Assembly: GCA_036509335.1 (NCBI GenBank)
Contig: DATCFT010000023.1
Coordinates: forward strand, 7,904-71,903
Source of the DNA: Hanamia sp.
GTDB lineage: Bacteria; Bacteroidota; Bacteroidia; Chitinophagales; Chitinophagaceae
Direction of reading: 5' to 3'
DNA length: 64,000 nt
The notes under the pieces were generated by a model. The model made no database searches and was not told where the DNA came from. It saw nothing but the letters and a program-made list of their open reading frames with translations. Both the position numbers and the translations under genes were made by a program. Positions within the stretch are counted from its first letter, which is position 1. Each line of letters begins with the position of its first letter. Positions 27,683 through 38,056 of the stretch are shown here, piece by piece.

Positions 27683-28768
27683 TCATTTAACAAGCTGTTG
27701 ATAAAATTCTAATAATTTCTTTTCCTCATTTTGCCAGTTATAGGCATCGCGCGCTTTTCTACAATTTTGCTGTAAACGAAAATAAAGTTCTTTATCTTCT
27801 AATAAGAGATTTATTGATTTTGCTACAGACTGAACTGATAAATCATTTATTAATAAAGCAATTTCGAATTCATCATTTATTCTTTTATACTCAGGAAAAT
27901 CCATCGTTACCTGAGGAATCGCATTATGCATGTAATCAAAGAATTTATTGGCCAAAGATAAAAATTGATTTTCACCTAATGGCTCAACAAGATTGATACC
28001 TATATAAGCCTGTTGGGTTATTTGATCTGCTTCGGCAGGCAAAAATTTCCCTTTAAAAAAAACCTTATTTTGTAATTGATTTTTCAGCACAAGTGCGTTT
28101 GCTTTATTTAAAAAATTTCCATCGCCATAAATAAATAAAGTTGCATTTACTTTTTCCATTGCTGGAATTAGATATTCAAAACCCCTTCCTTCGTTTACGC
28201 TTCCCTGGTATAAAATGATTTTTTCTTTAGGATTGATGCGGGGCAAAGGTTTCAGTAAAGGCACATTCCTGATGATTTTATAATTAACTTTATAATGTTT
28301 TAAGAATTCTTTGGTAATTCCCTCGCTTACTGTATATCCTTTTTTAAATTTTGGTACCAATGTGCGTTCTAAAAAATGCCAAACCCGGTAAATATTCGGC
28401 CTTGTAATAATTTCTTTTTGTTGAGAAAAATATTCATGCGCATCATACACTTTTATCTTTCTTTTTAAAACAGAAGTTAAAAATACCGGGAGCATTGTAT
28501 CCAGGTCAATGCAACAGAGAATATCCGTTTTTTGGAATAATAGGTAAAAGAAAAGACGCAGGTTATATTCAAAATAGAAACCGAAGCCTTTTTTAAAAAA
28601 AAGTTTCAACCGTTTTTGATGATACTTTTTCTTCTCCAGTGTATGAGAATCGATGAATTTTCTTCCTATAATTTTAATTTCATAATCGTTTTCAATAAGT
28701 GTATTACAAATACGTATCATCCGCTGATCATAATTTAAATCATTTGTAACTGTGAATATGATTCGCAT
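27683..28768 (-). CDS. glycosyltransferase (GT-B fold, family 1/4-like)
   Basis: The start MRIIFTVTNDLNYDQRMIRI, a C-terminal nucleotide-sugar-binding half, and the position in a cluster with another GT all fit. Confidence 0.75.
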   Translation of the reverse strand: MRIIFTVTNDLNYDQRMIRICNTLIENDYEIKIIGRKFIDSHTLEKKKYHQKRLKLFFKKGFGFYFEYNLRLFFYLLFQKTDILCCIDLDTMLPVFLTSVLKRKIKVYDAHEYFSQQKEIITRPNIYRVWHFLERTLVPKFKKGYTVSEGITKEFLKHYKVNYKIIRNVPLLKPLPRINPKEKIILYQGSVNEGRGFEYLIPAMEKVNATLFIYGDGNFLNKANALVLKNQLQNKVFFKGKFLPAEADQITQQAYIGINLVEPLGENQFLSLANKFFDYMHNAIPQVTMDFPEYKRINDEFEIALLINDLSVQSVAKSINLLLEDKELYFRLQQNCRKARDAYNWQNEEKKLLEFYQQLVK

Positions 28769-28783
28769 TGCTACTTTTTGTTA

Positions 28784-30097
28784 TTATTTTTTTAAATACG
28801 ATTTTATCTGCATGATCATTTTGTCATGAACTGATTTCCATTTTTTGCTCTCATCGCCTTCTCCGAGATGTTCATTGTGAAAAATACATATGAATGTTCC
28901 TTCCACTTTTTTTATTTCTTTTAAAAGATGTAAAATTTCCATTAGAGATTTCTCTGGCGATTTTTTGGTATAATAAATAAAGGTAGCATCCATGCATGTT
29001 ACAGGAAATATTTTCAAATTTGTAGCTTTTTCATTTTTCAGATCATAAAAATAAAACGGTTTAGATGTTCCTGCCCTGAATCCTGGCTTTCCGGGAAAAC
29101 CCATGGAGTAATCTTCGGTAATTCCTGATGATAAAAGAGAATTGTAGGTATCCGGCAAAACGAATTTTAAATAATGCTGCCTGCTTTTAGTTATTTTTTT
29201 CCCTGATAAATTTTCAAGTCTTTCTTTTTCAATTAATATTTTTTCCGGAAAAGTTGAAGAATTGAAAGATGGATGAATACCAATTTCACTGAATGTTTCA
29301 ATCTCATTGATCAATTTTTTCATCAATGGATTTTTATAATTCAAATTTCTGTCGTGTTCCGTTTTATCAGCCAATAAAAAAAAGAAAACCGATTGCAATT
29401 TGTTTTGTAGAATAATTTCCTTTAAAGCATCATACACATCCCAGGGATCTTTTTTTATTTTTAAAAGCGTTTTATTCCTGGTTATTATATCATTTATTTT
29501 AAAGGCAGCCAGGTCCTTTAATGCAGAACCCAAAGTTCTTACCAAATTCCTTCCTCTATATTTATAAGCCACATCTATATCGTAAGTAACTATAGCATTA
29601 AAAGCCGGTGATCTCATTTTGAGATCCGGTAATTTTTTTAGTAATTCATTTTTAAAAATATTGATCCAGGTATTTACGATGGGGATATGTAAAAAATCAT
29701 TTTGAAAAGCCAGGGAATCTTCAGCTTTGTACCTTCCAAATTCATCGGGAGTAAATGGTAAATATTCTTCATAGCGGCTTACCATGTAAAATATAGCAGA
29801 AAAAATATCAAACCCTAAATCACAATCTTTATTTGGAAACAAGAATTTTGTGTGGTCCTTTTCTTCTATCTTAATTTCTTGTTTTTTTATTTCGGTTTCA
29901 AATAAAAGAGAAGATGCTTTTATAAAAATTTCGTTTTCGGTTTTCGCCCCGGAGTAATTTAGTTTCTCTTCTTTGTATTCCTTAAATGCTGTGATATCAG
30001 TAGTTACAGAATATTCAAAGCCTAATTCCTGTTTAAAAATTAAGTCAAAAACATAGACACATCTTGTAGAAATTTTGGGTAAATATATAAGAAACAT
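28784..30097 (-). CDS. hypothetical protein, possibly polysaccharide deacetylase-like
   Basis: It is a long clean ORF (437 aa) co-oriented and tightly spaced with the two GT genes. I saw no decisive catalytic motif. Confidence 0.4.
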   Translation of the reverse strand: MFLIYLPKISTRCVYVFDLIFKQELGFEYSVTTDITAFKEYKEEKLNYSGAKTENEIFIKASSLLFETEIKKQEIKIEEKDHTKFLFPNKDCDLGFDIFSAIFYMVSRYEEYLPFTPDEFGRYKAEDSLAFQNDFLHIPIVNTWINIFKNELLKKLPDLKMRSPAFNAIVTYDIDVAYKYRGRNLVRTLGSALKDLAAFKINDIITRNKTLLKIKKDPWDVYDALKEIILQNKLQSVFFFLLADKTEHDRNLNYKNPLMKKLINEIETFSEIGIHPSFNSSTFPEKILIEKERLENLSGKKITKSRQHYLKFVLPDTYNSLLSSGITEDYSMGFPGKPGFRAGTSKPFYFYDLKNEKATNLKIFPVTCMDATFIYYTKKSPEKSLMEILHLLKEIKKVEGTFICIFHNEHLGEGDESKKWKSVHDKMIMQIKSYLKK

Positions 30098-30233
30098 AAT
30101 TTTTAAAAGATTGATTCTATTGAGACTGGTAAAGTTGAATTATTTTCATTACTTGTACAAAAACACTTTTATTTAAAAATCCCGTCCTGATAGCCATTAA
30201 GTGCCGGGATTATATGTTTACTGAATGAAATCT

Positions 30234-30241
30234 TACTTTTG
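30234..30241 (+). promoter_or_regulatory. -7 promoter box TActTTTG
   Basis: An exact TAnnTTTG lies 36 nt upstream of the 30277 ATG. Confidence 0.45.
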
Positions 30242-30276
30242 ATTTATAAATTCTTATTTCTCTCAAAAAATATTTT

Positions 30277-31203
30277 ATGAAAAAAAAATTTCAGTTTGGT
30301 ATTTTATTTTTATTGATTTCATTTTTTTCTCAGGACGCTTTCTCTCAATACAAAACAGATAAAAAATTAGAAAGAGAATTAAAAGTGCTGATAGATTCAT
30401 TTCACGGAACTGCAGGTGTGTACGTTCGTAATTTAAAAATGGGCAAAGAAGTAGCGATCAATGCGGATACCATTTTTCCTACAGCAAGCATCATTAAAAT
30501 TCCAATTCTTGTTGGTATTTTTAATAAAATTGATGAGGGCGTATTCACCTATCATCAACCATTAATATACCGTGATAGTATTTCCCGAGGCGGTTCGGGG
30601 CTGATGCAATATTTTAAAGATAGTACACAAACCGATTTGAGAACTGCCATTACATTGATGATTTCGCACAGTGATAATACTGCCGCAGTATGGTGTGAGA
30701 AGCTGGCTGGTGGTGGCATTACCATTAATTCATGGCTGGCGGATCATGGGTTTCAATATACACGTGTAAATGCGCGTACGCCTGGCCGTGAGCAAAATGA
30801 TAAAGAGTTTGGCTGGGGACAAACTACACCCCGGGAAATGGCTAATTTGTTGGTAATGATTCGTGAAGGAAAGACAGCAATTGCCGCAGCAAGTCAGCGA
30901 ATGTACCAGGATCTTACTCATATTTACTGGGATGAATATGCGCTTTCTCAAATACCACCGTATGTTCAGGCTGCGTCCAAACAGGGAATGGTAGATGATT
31001 CGCGTTCGGAAGCAGTGCTGGTAAATGCACCACATGGTGATTATGTTTTTTATATTGCCACAAAAAATAATGCAGACAAAAGATGGAAGCCTGATAATGA
31101 AGCGTGGCAACTGGCTCGTAAAGTTTCTGCATTATTATGGAATTATTATGAGCCGCATTATGGATGGAAGCCTCCTGCAAATGCAGAAAAATTTTGGTAT
31201 TAG
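30277..31203 (+). CDS. class A beta-lactamase-related serine hydrolase (secreted)
   Basis: It has a signal peptide, SxxK (ASIIK), SDN (SHSDNTA) and a KTG-like KQG triad. Confidence 0.7.
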   Translation: MKKKFQFGILFLLISFFSQDAFSQYKTDKKLERELKVLIDSFHGTAGVYVRNLKMGKEVAINADTIFPTASIIKIPILVGIFNKIDEGVFTYHQPLIYRDSISRGGSGLMQYFKDSTQTDLRTAITLMISHSDNTAAVWCEKLAGGGITINSWLADHGFQYTRVNARTPGREQNDKEFGWGQTTPREMANLLVMIREGKTAIAAASQRMYQDLTHIYWDEYALSQIPPYVQAASKQGMVDDSRSEAVLVNAPHGDYVFYIATKNNADKRWKPDNEAWQLARKVSALLWNYYEPHYGWKPPANAEKFWY

Positions 31204-31376
31204 GTTGTGTTGCAGTGCCAGATAAACTTATCTGCAGCAGGCAAACTAATAACCGGGATTCCTGTTTTTATTTATGACCGATTATCTGTTCCTTTTATAA
31301 ATTTTAAAAATCAGAGTAATTCACTATTATCAGAAGCCCGTTTCGGATTATATATACATTGCATACAAAAAATAAA

Positions 31377-32567
31377 ATGTCAGAAGCAGTCGCGGTAAGT
31401 AAATTGTCCACATCACTTAAATATCTTATCACTATTGGTTGTGGTGTGGTAGTAGCTAATCTATATTATTGTCAGCCCTTGCTGGGAGCTTTGTCGCGTG
31501 CTTTTCATGTGAGCGAAGAATCTGCGTCGTTCATCAATATATTTTCTCAGATGGGTTATGGGCTTGGTTTATTATTTATCGTTCCGCTGGGCGATATGCT
31601 CGCAAGACGTGGACTATTGATATGGATGCATCTTTTCGCTTCGTTGTCTCTTTTAGGAATGGGATTTTCACCTGATATTCATTGGTTATATTTCTTTAGC
31701 ATATGCGTTGGAATTACCAGTACGGCTTGCCAGGTTTTTATTCCGCTTGCGATGCATCTTGCATCTGAGGAAGAACGTGGGAAAGTATTAGGGACGATAT
31801 TGGGCGGGTTACTTACCGGCATTTTATTATCACGTTCATTAAGTGGTTTTGTAGCAGAGTACCTGGGATGGGAGAGCGTTTATTATATTAGCGCGGTTCT
31901 AATGGTCATTATGACAATTTTAGTTTGGCGCTATATTCCCGGTGAAAAGCCATCTTTCAACGGAAGTTACCGGAAATTAATGTACTCTTTGATGCAATTG
32001 TTCAGGGAACAACCTGTGATTCGTGAAAGCGCCTGGATTGGTGCGTGTTTATTTGGTGCTATCTCTGCCTTTTGGGCTACTATGGCTTTTTTTCTGGAAA
32101 AGCCTCCGTATGGCTATTCGCTTTTAATTATTGGCTTGTTTGGTATTATTGGTACAGGCGGCGCTCTCATTTCTCCGGTAGTGGGCAGATTAACAGATAA
32201 GCTGGGTCCGTTTAAGCCGATGCGATGGGGTATTATAATGATGTTGGCAGGATACCTTATTTTATTTGAAGGTAAATCAGGAATCGGTTTAGTGATTGCC
32301 GGAATTATTTTGATTGATATGGGCTTACAATGCACTCACATTCCAAATCTTTCCAGGAATTATTCATTAATACCTGAAGCGCATACGAGACTCAATACAA
32401 TTTATATGACCTTCTTTTTTATAGGCGGAACCCTGGGTTCTTCCATTGGAAGTATTGCCTGGAACATGGGTGGATGGGAAGCTGTTTGTTTTGTGGGTAT
32501 TGTACTGGTTATTTTAGGTTCGCTGCCAATATATTTTAAAAAGCGTCAAAATAAATTGGGTATTTAA
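31377..32567 (+). CDS. MFS transporter (12 TM class)
   Basis: The hydrophobic profile has many TM helices and the loop motif PLGDMLARRG (MFS motif A-like). I prefer the ATG at 31377 over the TTG at 31359. Confidence 0.8.
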   Translation: MSEAVAVSKLSTSLKYLITIGCGVVVANLYYCQPLLGALSRAFHVSEESASFINIFSQMGYGLGLLFIVPLGDMLARRGLLIWMHLFASLSLLGMGFSPDIHWLYFFSICVGITSTACQVFIPLAMHLASEEERGKVLGTILGGLLTGILLSRSLSGFVAEYLGWESVYYISAVLMVIMTILVWRYIPGEKPSFNGSYRKLMYSLMQLFREQPVIRESAWIGACLFGAISAFWATMAFFLEKPPYGYSLLIIGLFGIIGTGGALISPVVGRLTDKLGPFKPMRWGIIMMLAGYLILFEGKSGIGLVIAGIILIDMGLQCTHIPNLSRNYSLIPEAHTRLNTIYMTFFFIGGTLGSSIGSIAWNMGGWEAVCFVGIVLVILGSLPIYFKKRQNKLGI

Positions 32568-32608
32568 TTTTCTAAATGTATTATTATTGTATTCAATAAT
32601 TAATTTTA

Positions 32609-33157
32609 ATGGCGAATAATTTATACGACTTCGAAACCGAACCGGAAAAAAGACCCTCTTTCTTAACGTGGCTTTGTATCCTCACATTTATTGGCAGCGG
32701 CTGGGCAATTTGCAGCAGTGTATGGTCTTATAATACTGCAAAGAAAACAGCTGCTTTATTTACGCAAATGACTAAAGAAAGATTAGATTCAATTCATAAA
32801 AATGATACAACAGAAGTTGCGATCGGGGAAAAGCATTCTTTTTTTGAAGGTAAAATCAGAGCGTCTTTTTCAAAAATGGCACAAGAGGATAATATAAAAA
32901 AGGGAGATATTGGCAAACTAATTTCAGCATTACTTACATTGTTTGGGGCAATATTGATGTGGAACCTCAACCGAAAAGGTTTCTACCTTTATATTGCAGG
33001 AGTCGTATTCGGAATTTTGGTTCCATTTTATTTATTTGGAAATGATTTGATAGCAGTTGGCGCTTCTTCCTTTGCCAGCTTTTTCGGCTTAATTTTCATT
33101 GCTTTATATGCACTGAACATAAAGTCTATGAGGGGAGGAACAGTAAAAAATATCTAA
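32609..33157 (+). CDS. hypothetical membrane protein
   Basis: The 182-aa ORF has 3-4 predicted TM helices. I recognised no family. Confidence 0.5.
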   Translation: MANNLYDFETEPEKRPSFLTWLCILTFIGSGWAICSSVWSYNTAKKTAALFTQMTKERLDSIHKNDTTEVAIGEKHSFFEGKIRASFSKMAQEDNIKKGDIGKLISALLTLFGAILMWNLNRKGFYLYIAGVVFGILVPFYLFGNDLIAVGASSFASFFGLIFIALYALNIKSMRGGTVKNI

Positions 33158-33228
33158 TAAATTGATAATGCTGAATATTTTTTAAAAAAATTGGCCAATT
33201 CGCCGGTTAAATAATCAAAATTTAATAC

Positions 33229-33236
33229 TACATTTG
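33229..33236 (+). promoter_or_regulatory. -7 promoter box TAcaTTTG for rpsO
   Basis: An exact TAnnTTTG lies 30 nt upstream of the rpsO ATG. Confidence 0.5.
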
Positions 33237-33265
33237 CACCCAATTATTAAAATTATTTCAAAAAA

Positions 33266-33538
33266 ATGTCTTATTTAACAGCAGAAAACAAAGCAAAATA
33301 CTTTTCAGATTTTGGAGGAAAAGCAACAAACACGGGGTCTATTGAAGCTCAGGTAGCGATTCTTACCGAAAAGATCAATCATATCTCTGATCATTTGAAT
33401 ACTCATAAAAAAGACTTCAACACACAACGCGGATTGATGCAAATGGTAGGTAAAAGAAAGAGTTCATTGGCTTATTTAAGCAAACATAATTTAACAGGTT
33501 ATCGTGAATTGATTGAAAAGTTAGGACTCCGTAAATAA
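33266..33538 (+). CDS. rpsO: 30S ribosomal protein S15
   Basis: The 90-aa ORF contains TGSIEAQVAILTEKINHISDHL and HKKDFNTQRGLMQMVGKR, the classic S15 sequence. Confidence 0.95.
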   Translation: MSYLTAENKAKYFSDFGGKATNTGSIEAQVAILTEKINHISDHLNTHKKDFNTQRGLMQMVGKRKSSLAYLSKHNLTGYRELIEKLGLRK

Positions 33539-33564
33539 TCTTATTACAAAATGATATTGTTAGC

Positions 33565-33603
33565 TATTCCCAACTGAATAATACGGTTGGGAATACTTTT
33601 TTA
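33565..33603 (+). terminator. rpsO-pnp intergenic stem-loop (attenuating terminator or processing site)
   Basis: A perfect 10-bp stem (tattcccaac / gttgggaata) with an 11-nt loop is followed by cttttttat. Confidence 0.7.
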
Positions 33604-33620
33604 TACGTTAATTAAAAAAA

Positions 33621-35777
33621 ATGATGAATACTCCAAACCCGATAAATGTAACATTTGATATTGGTGAAGGCCGGATGGTTACAATAGAAACAGGTAAACT
33701 GGCACGCCAGGCCGATGGGGCAGTTACAGTGCGTTTAGGAAATTGCATAATATTGGCAACAGTAGTTGCAAATAGGGAACCAAAAGAAGGGCAATCTTTC
33801 TTTCCTCTTACGGTAGATTACCAGGAAAAATTTGCTTCAGCAGGAAGAATTCCGGGTTCTTTTTTTAAAAGAGAAGCCCGTTTGAACGATTATGAAATAT
33901 TAACCTCCAGGTTGATTGATCGTGCTCTCAGGCCCTTATTTCCTGATGATTATTTATGCGACGTGCAGGTATTAGTTAGCCTTGTTTCCAGCGATCCTGA
34001 AATAATGCCCGATGCAATGGCATGCCTCGCTGCTTCTGCAGCATTAGCGGTTTCTGATATTCCTATCCAGGAAATAATTTCTGAAGTGAGAGTAGGAAAA
34101 GTAAATGGCCAGTTCGTTGTAAATCCTACCCGCAGCCAGTTGGAAGAAGCTGAATTAGAATTTCTAATCGCTGCTACCGACAAAAATATTATGATGGTAG
34201 AAGGTGAAGGAAAAGAATGCCAGGAAGAAGATTTGGTAAAAGCAATTGAGATAGCGCACGAAGCCATTAAATTACAAGTGAAAGCTCAGGAAGAATTAAG
34301 AGATAAAGTAGGAGCAAAACCAAAACGTGAGTACACAAAACCTTATCGCAATGAAGCTTTAAATGAAAAGATAACTGCTTTTGCAAAAGATAAAATGCTT
34401 GCAATAGCTTCTACTGCTTCAGCAAAACACGATAGACAGGATGCTTTTGACCAATTAGCAAAAGATATAGAAGTACATCTAGGTGAAGAATTGCCTGATG
34501 AAGATAAAAAATTAATTAAATATTATTTTGGAGAATTACAATATAATATAGTGCGCGATATGATGCTTGCAACGCGCAAACGCCTTGATGGACGCGGGCT
34601 TGAAGACATAAGACCACTTACTATGGAAGTAAGCAACCTTCCTTCACCGCATGGTTCTTCATTATTTACCCGCGGTGAAACCCAATCATTAACAACAGTA
34701 ACTCTCGGCACTCCACTTGACGAATTATTGGTGGAAAGCGCTGCTACCAGCAATTATTCTAAATTTATTTTACATTATAATTTTCCTCCGTTCTCTACCG
34801 GTGAAGTGAAAATGATGCGTGGCGTGGGCCGCAGAGAAGTAGGACACGGAAACCTGGCCATGCGTTCTTTGAAACAAATAATGCCCGGCGATGAATATCC
34901 ATATACTGTAAGAATAGTGAGCGATATTTTAGAAAGCAATGGTTCTTCATCTATGGCTACAGTTTGTGCAGGTTCTCTTGCATTAATGGATGCTGGTGTT
35001 CCTTTCAAAAAACATGTGAGCGGAATAGCGATGGGATTAATTTCTAAAGAAGGAAAATTTGCAATACTATCAGATATTCTTGGTGATGAAGATCATTTGG
35101 GAGATATGGATTTTAAAGTTACAGGTACAAGAGAGGGAATTTGCGGAGTGCAGATGGATATTAAAGTGGATGGATTGAGCATGGATGTAATGAGACAGGC
35201 GCTGGACCAGGCAAAGAAAGGTAGAATGCACATTTTGGATGCGATGTATAAATGTATTCCGGAACATAATGCAGATGTGAAGCCACATGCACCGCGTATG
35301 GAAAAATTGATTATTGATTCAGAATTTATCGGAGCTGTGATAGGGCCCGGCGGCAAAATAATCCAGGAAATACAAAAAACTACCGGCGCTACTATTAATA
35401 TTACAGAAGTAGGAAAAACCGGCGAAGTGAGTATTTTCTCTGCTAATAAAGAAAGCTTAGACCAGGCAGTTTCGTGGGTAAAGAGTATTGTATCAGTACC
35501 TGAAGTGGGAGATGTATTTGAAGGAACTGTAAAGGGAATTAAAGAGTTTGGTGCATTTGTAGAATTTTTACCGGGCAAACAAGGATTACTGCATATTTCA
35601 GAAATAATGTGGAAACGTCTTGACAATATGGATAATATTTTCCAGGAAGGCGATAAAGTAAAAGTGAAATTAGTAGGTGTAGATCCTAAAACAGGTAAGT
35701 TTAAACTGAGCAGAAAAGCATTGTTGCCAAAGCCTGAACAAGGTTCAACTCCACAACATCGTCCTAACGAACATTAA
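33621..35777 (+). CDS. pnp: polyribonucleotide nucleotidyltransferase (PNPase)
   Basis: It has two RNase PH-like domains and C-terminal KH and S1 domains (GDVFEGTVKGIKEFGAFVEF). It lies downstream of rpsO, as in most bacteria. Confidence 0.95.
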   Translation: MMNTPNPINVTFDIGEGRMVTIETGKLARQADGAVTVRLGNCIILATVVANREPKEGQSFFPLTVDYQEKFASAGRIPGSFFKREARLNDYEILTSRLIDRALRPLFPDDYLCDVQVLVSLVSSDPEIMPDAMACLAASAALAVSDIPIQEIISEVRVGKVNGQFVVNPTRSQLEEAELEFLIAATDKNIMMVEGEGKECQEEDLVKAIEIAHEAIKLQVKAQEELRDKVGAKPKREYTKPYRNEALNEKITAFAKDKMLAIASTASAKHDRQDAFDQLAKDIEVHLGEELPDEDKKLIKYYFGELQYNIVRDMMLATRKRLDGRGLEDIRPLTMEVSNLPSPHGSSLFTRGETQSLTTVTLGTPLDELLVESAATSNYSKFILHYNFPPFSTGEVKMMRGVGRREVGHGNLAMRSLKQIMPGDEYPYTVRIVSDILESNGSSSMATVCAGSLALMDAGVPFKKHVSGIAMGLISKEGKFAILSDILGDEDHLGDMDFKVTGTREGICGVQMDIKVDGLSMDVMRQALDQAKKGRMHILDAMYKCIPEHNADVKPHAPRMEKLIIDSEFIGAVIGPGGKIIQEIQKTTGATINITEVGKTGEVSIFSANKESLDQAVSWVKSIVSVPEVGDVFEGTVKGIKEFGAFVEFLPGKQGLLHISEIMWKRLDNMDNIFQEGDKVKVKLVGVDPKTGKFKLSRKALLPKPEQGSTPQHRPNEH

Positions 35778-35802
35778 ATTTTATTTACAATAAATTATAC
35801 CA

Positions 35803-35830
35803 AAGCTTGTAGAAATTACAGGCTTTTTTT
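35803..35830 (+). terminator. rho-independent terminator after pnp, ending at the prmA start codon
   Basis: The stem aagcttgta / tacaggctt (one G-U pair) has the loop gaaat and is followed by a T-run. Confidence 0.6.
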
Positions 35831-36646
35831 ATGAAAAAATATTTTAAAATAGTGATTAAAACTTCGTTTGCTGATGAGGTTGAAATATTAATTGCAGAAC
35901 TTTCTGACAATAATTTTTACGCCTTTGAGCAGGAAGAAAATACTTTGGCAGCTTATATAAAAGAAGAAGACTTTGATGAAGAAGAGTTGAAGAAGTTTTT
36001 GCCGGTTAATACCAGTTTTACAAAAAAAATTATTGAAGATGAAAACTGGAATAAGCAATGGGAAAATGGAATACAACCTGTAATTGTTCATGATTTCGCT
36101 GCCATTCGCCCTTCATTTTGCGAGCCGATAAAAAATGTAAAGCATGATTTGATCATTACACCCAAAATGAGTTTTGGTACAGGCCACCATGCCACTACTT
36201 TTTTAATGATTGAGATGATGGAAAAAATTGATTTCAGAGATAAAACGGTTATTGATTTTGGTACAGGAACCGGTGTGTTGGCTATACTTGCTGAGAAATG
36301 CGGCGCTGCAAAAATTACTGCAATTGATTATGATGAATGGAGTATTAATAATACGCATGAAAATATATTTGCAAACGATTGTAAAAATATATCTATTGAG
36401 AAGCAAAATGATCTCTCAGATTTGAAACCAGTAGATATTATTCTTGCCAATATAAATCTGGATGTATTGGCCAGGGCGGCATCATCTATCTCAATATTAT
36501 TAAAAACCAGATCTTTTTTTCTTGCTTCCGGCTTTTTATTGGAAGGTGAGAAAGAATTGCAAAATATATTCGAACTAAAAAGCGTTCTAAAAAAAGAATC
36601 GCATCAAAGAGATGGCTGGATGGCTATTTTATTTCAAAAAATGTAA
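35831..36646 (+). CDS. prmA: ribosomal protein L11 methyltransferase
   Basis: It has the PrmA layout with the SAM motif VIDFGTGTGVLAI and FGTGHHATT. Confidence 0.85.
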   Translation: MKKYFKIVIKTSFADEVEILIAELSDNNFYAFEQEENTLAAYIKEEDFDEEELKKFLPVNTSFTKKIIEDENWNKQWENGIQPVIVHDFAAIRPSFCEPIKNVKHDLIITPKMSFGTGHHATTFLMIEMMEKIDFRDKTVIDFGTGTGVLAILAEKCGAAKITAIDYDEWSINNTHENIFANDCKNISIEKQNDLSDLKPVDIILANINLDVLARAASSISILLKTRSFFLASGFLLEGEKELQNIFELKSVLKKESHQRDGWMAILFQKM

Positions 36647-36692
36647 ATATAAAATTTGCTAATTTTAACTTAGCAAGGGATGAATTTAATGT

Positions 36693-36700
36693 TATATTTG
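36693..36700 (+). promoter_or_regulatory. -7 promoter box TAtaTTTG for plsY
   Basis: An exact TAnnTTTG lies 35 nt upstream of the plsY ATG. Confidence 0.45.
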
Positions 36701-36734
36701 CTGCTCCCAAAAGTGTGATGGCGAACTCATAAAT

Positions 36735-37385
36735 ATGAAAGAATTAATATTAATTATACTTGCTTATTTTATTGGATCAATCCCCACTGCTATCATAGTA
36801 AGTAAAGCCTTTTTCAATATTGATATTCGTGAATACGGCAGTGGTAACATGGGAGCTACCAATACTTTCAGAGTATTGGGAGCTAAGTTTGGAACTATCG
36901 TAATGATAGGAGATATGCTCAAAGGAATCCTTGCAGTAGCCCTTTATAATTTACTTCCATATTATCTTACAAATGAACTGGATCGTACCAACCTGATGAT
37001 AGGATTGGGACTTGCAGCGGTACTTGGACATATTTATCCAATATGGGCTGGCTTCAGAGGAGGGAAAGGGGTGGCTACCTTATTCGGAATGGTTTTAGCC
37101 ATTCAACCGATAATCGCTATCAATTGTGTAGGTGTTTTTTTATTGGTTCTTTATCTAACACGCTATGTTTCATTAAGCTCCATATTAGCAGGCGTTGCAC
37201 TTCCGATTTGTGTATTATGGATATATAATGAACAGGAAGTTTTTTACAGGGTATTTGCTGTGGCAGTAGCCTGCCTGATTGTACTCACACATCAAAAAAA
37301 TATCAGCAGATTATTAAAAGGAAACGAAGGACGTGTGCCGATCTTAAAACACAGGGACCGCAGAAAATCACGGCGTAAAGATTGA
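36735..37385 (+). CDS. plsY: glycerol-3-phosphate acyltransferase PlsY
   Basis: It has GSIPTA, the GSGNMGATN motif and FRGGKGVAT, and is a multi-TM protein. Confidence 0.9.
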   Translation: MKELILIILAYFIGSIPTAIIVSKAFFNIDIREYGSGNMGATNTFRVLGAKFGTIVMIGDMLKGILAVALYNLLPYYLTNELDRTNLMIGLGLAAVLGHIYPIWAGFRGGKGVATLFGMVLAIQPIIAINCVGVFLLVLYLTRYVSLSSILAGVALPICVLWIYNEQEVFYRVFAVAVACLIVLTHQKNISRLLKGNEGRVPILKHRDRRKSRRKD

Positions 37386-37572
37386 TCAATTTATTTTAGA
37401 TAAAATTTACTCTTCTTTTTGTTTTTACAGTTTTTTAAGGGATTACAAGTTTTTTTCGTAATTTTGCACCTGTCTAAGTTGCATATCTGCAATTTTCCGG
37501 TTTATTCCATTTCAGAATAAAGTTATGCAGGTGTTTATAGGCTATCTTTAATCTTAAAATATTGCTCCACTT

Positions 37573-38049
37573 ATGTCTCAAACATTGTTTGAAAAATTGC
37601 AATTAGGGGATGAAAAAAATCTGTTAATTCAGGGTCTTCCCTCTACTATCGAAAAACAATTCTCAAAGCTTTCATTTTCAAAAAACGTAACGCAGCTTTT
37701 AAAAATTCGTAAAGTTGATTTTGCTCTTGTATTCGCATTGAATTCGCACCAGCTCCAAAAGATTTTTGCCGAGCTATGCCCCGCGTTACATTCAGAAACT
37801 AAATTGTGGATCGCTTTTCCGAAGCAAACTTCAAAGATTGTGAGCGATCTCAACCGACATGGTTCCTGGGATTTTTTGACTGAAATGGGATATGAAACCT
37901 CCGACAAAGTAGTACTTGATTACGTTTGGAGCGCTCAGAGATTTACTAAAGCCGAAATATGTGGTGGAATCAAATCCAAATCTTCTTCATCAAAAGTGGT
38001 AAGGATGAAATCCGAAAGCAGGAAGCTGGCAGAAGCAGAAGGATTCTAA
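37573..38049 (+). CDS. hypothetical protein (DUF3052-like pattern)
   Basis: The 158-aa ORF contains LWIAFPKQTSKIVSDLNR and WSAQRF, which resemble that family. A TAatTTTG box lies at 37459-37466. Confidence 0.45.
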   Translation: MSQTLFEKLQLGDEKNLLIQGLPSTIEKQFSKLSFSKNVTQLLKIRKVDFALVFALNSHQLQKIFAELCPALHSETKLWIAFPKQTSKIVSDLNRHGSWDFLTEMGYETSDKVVLDYVWSAQRFTKAEICGGIKSKSSSSKVVRMKSESRKLAEAEGF

Positions 38050-38056
38050 AGTGGCC

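Noticed and set aside
12419-31203. A beta-lactam resistance regulon linking the BlaI/M56 pair with the two beta-lactamase-family genes (12419-13735 and 30277-31203).
   Set aside because: The hydrolase genes are 5-11 kb away and separated from the pair by unrelated genes. The M56 protein lacks a penicillin-binding sensor domain. Serine-hydrolase family membership alone does not show beta-lactamase activity.
31207-31398. Small ORFs between the class A-like hydrolase gene and the MFS gene (31025-31225 and 31207-31398), and the ORF at 41410-41688 antisense to the thiolase start.
   Set aside because: They are short, overlap better-supported genes or their leaders, and have no motif support.
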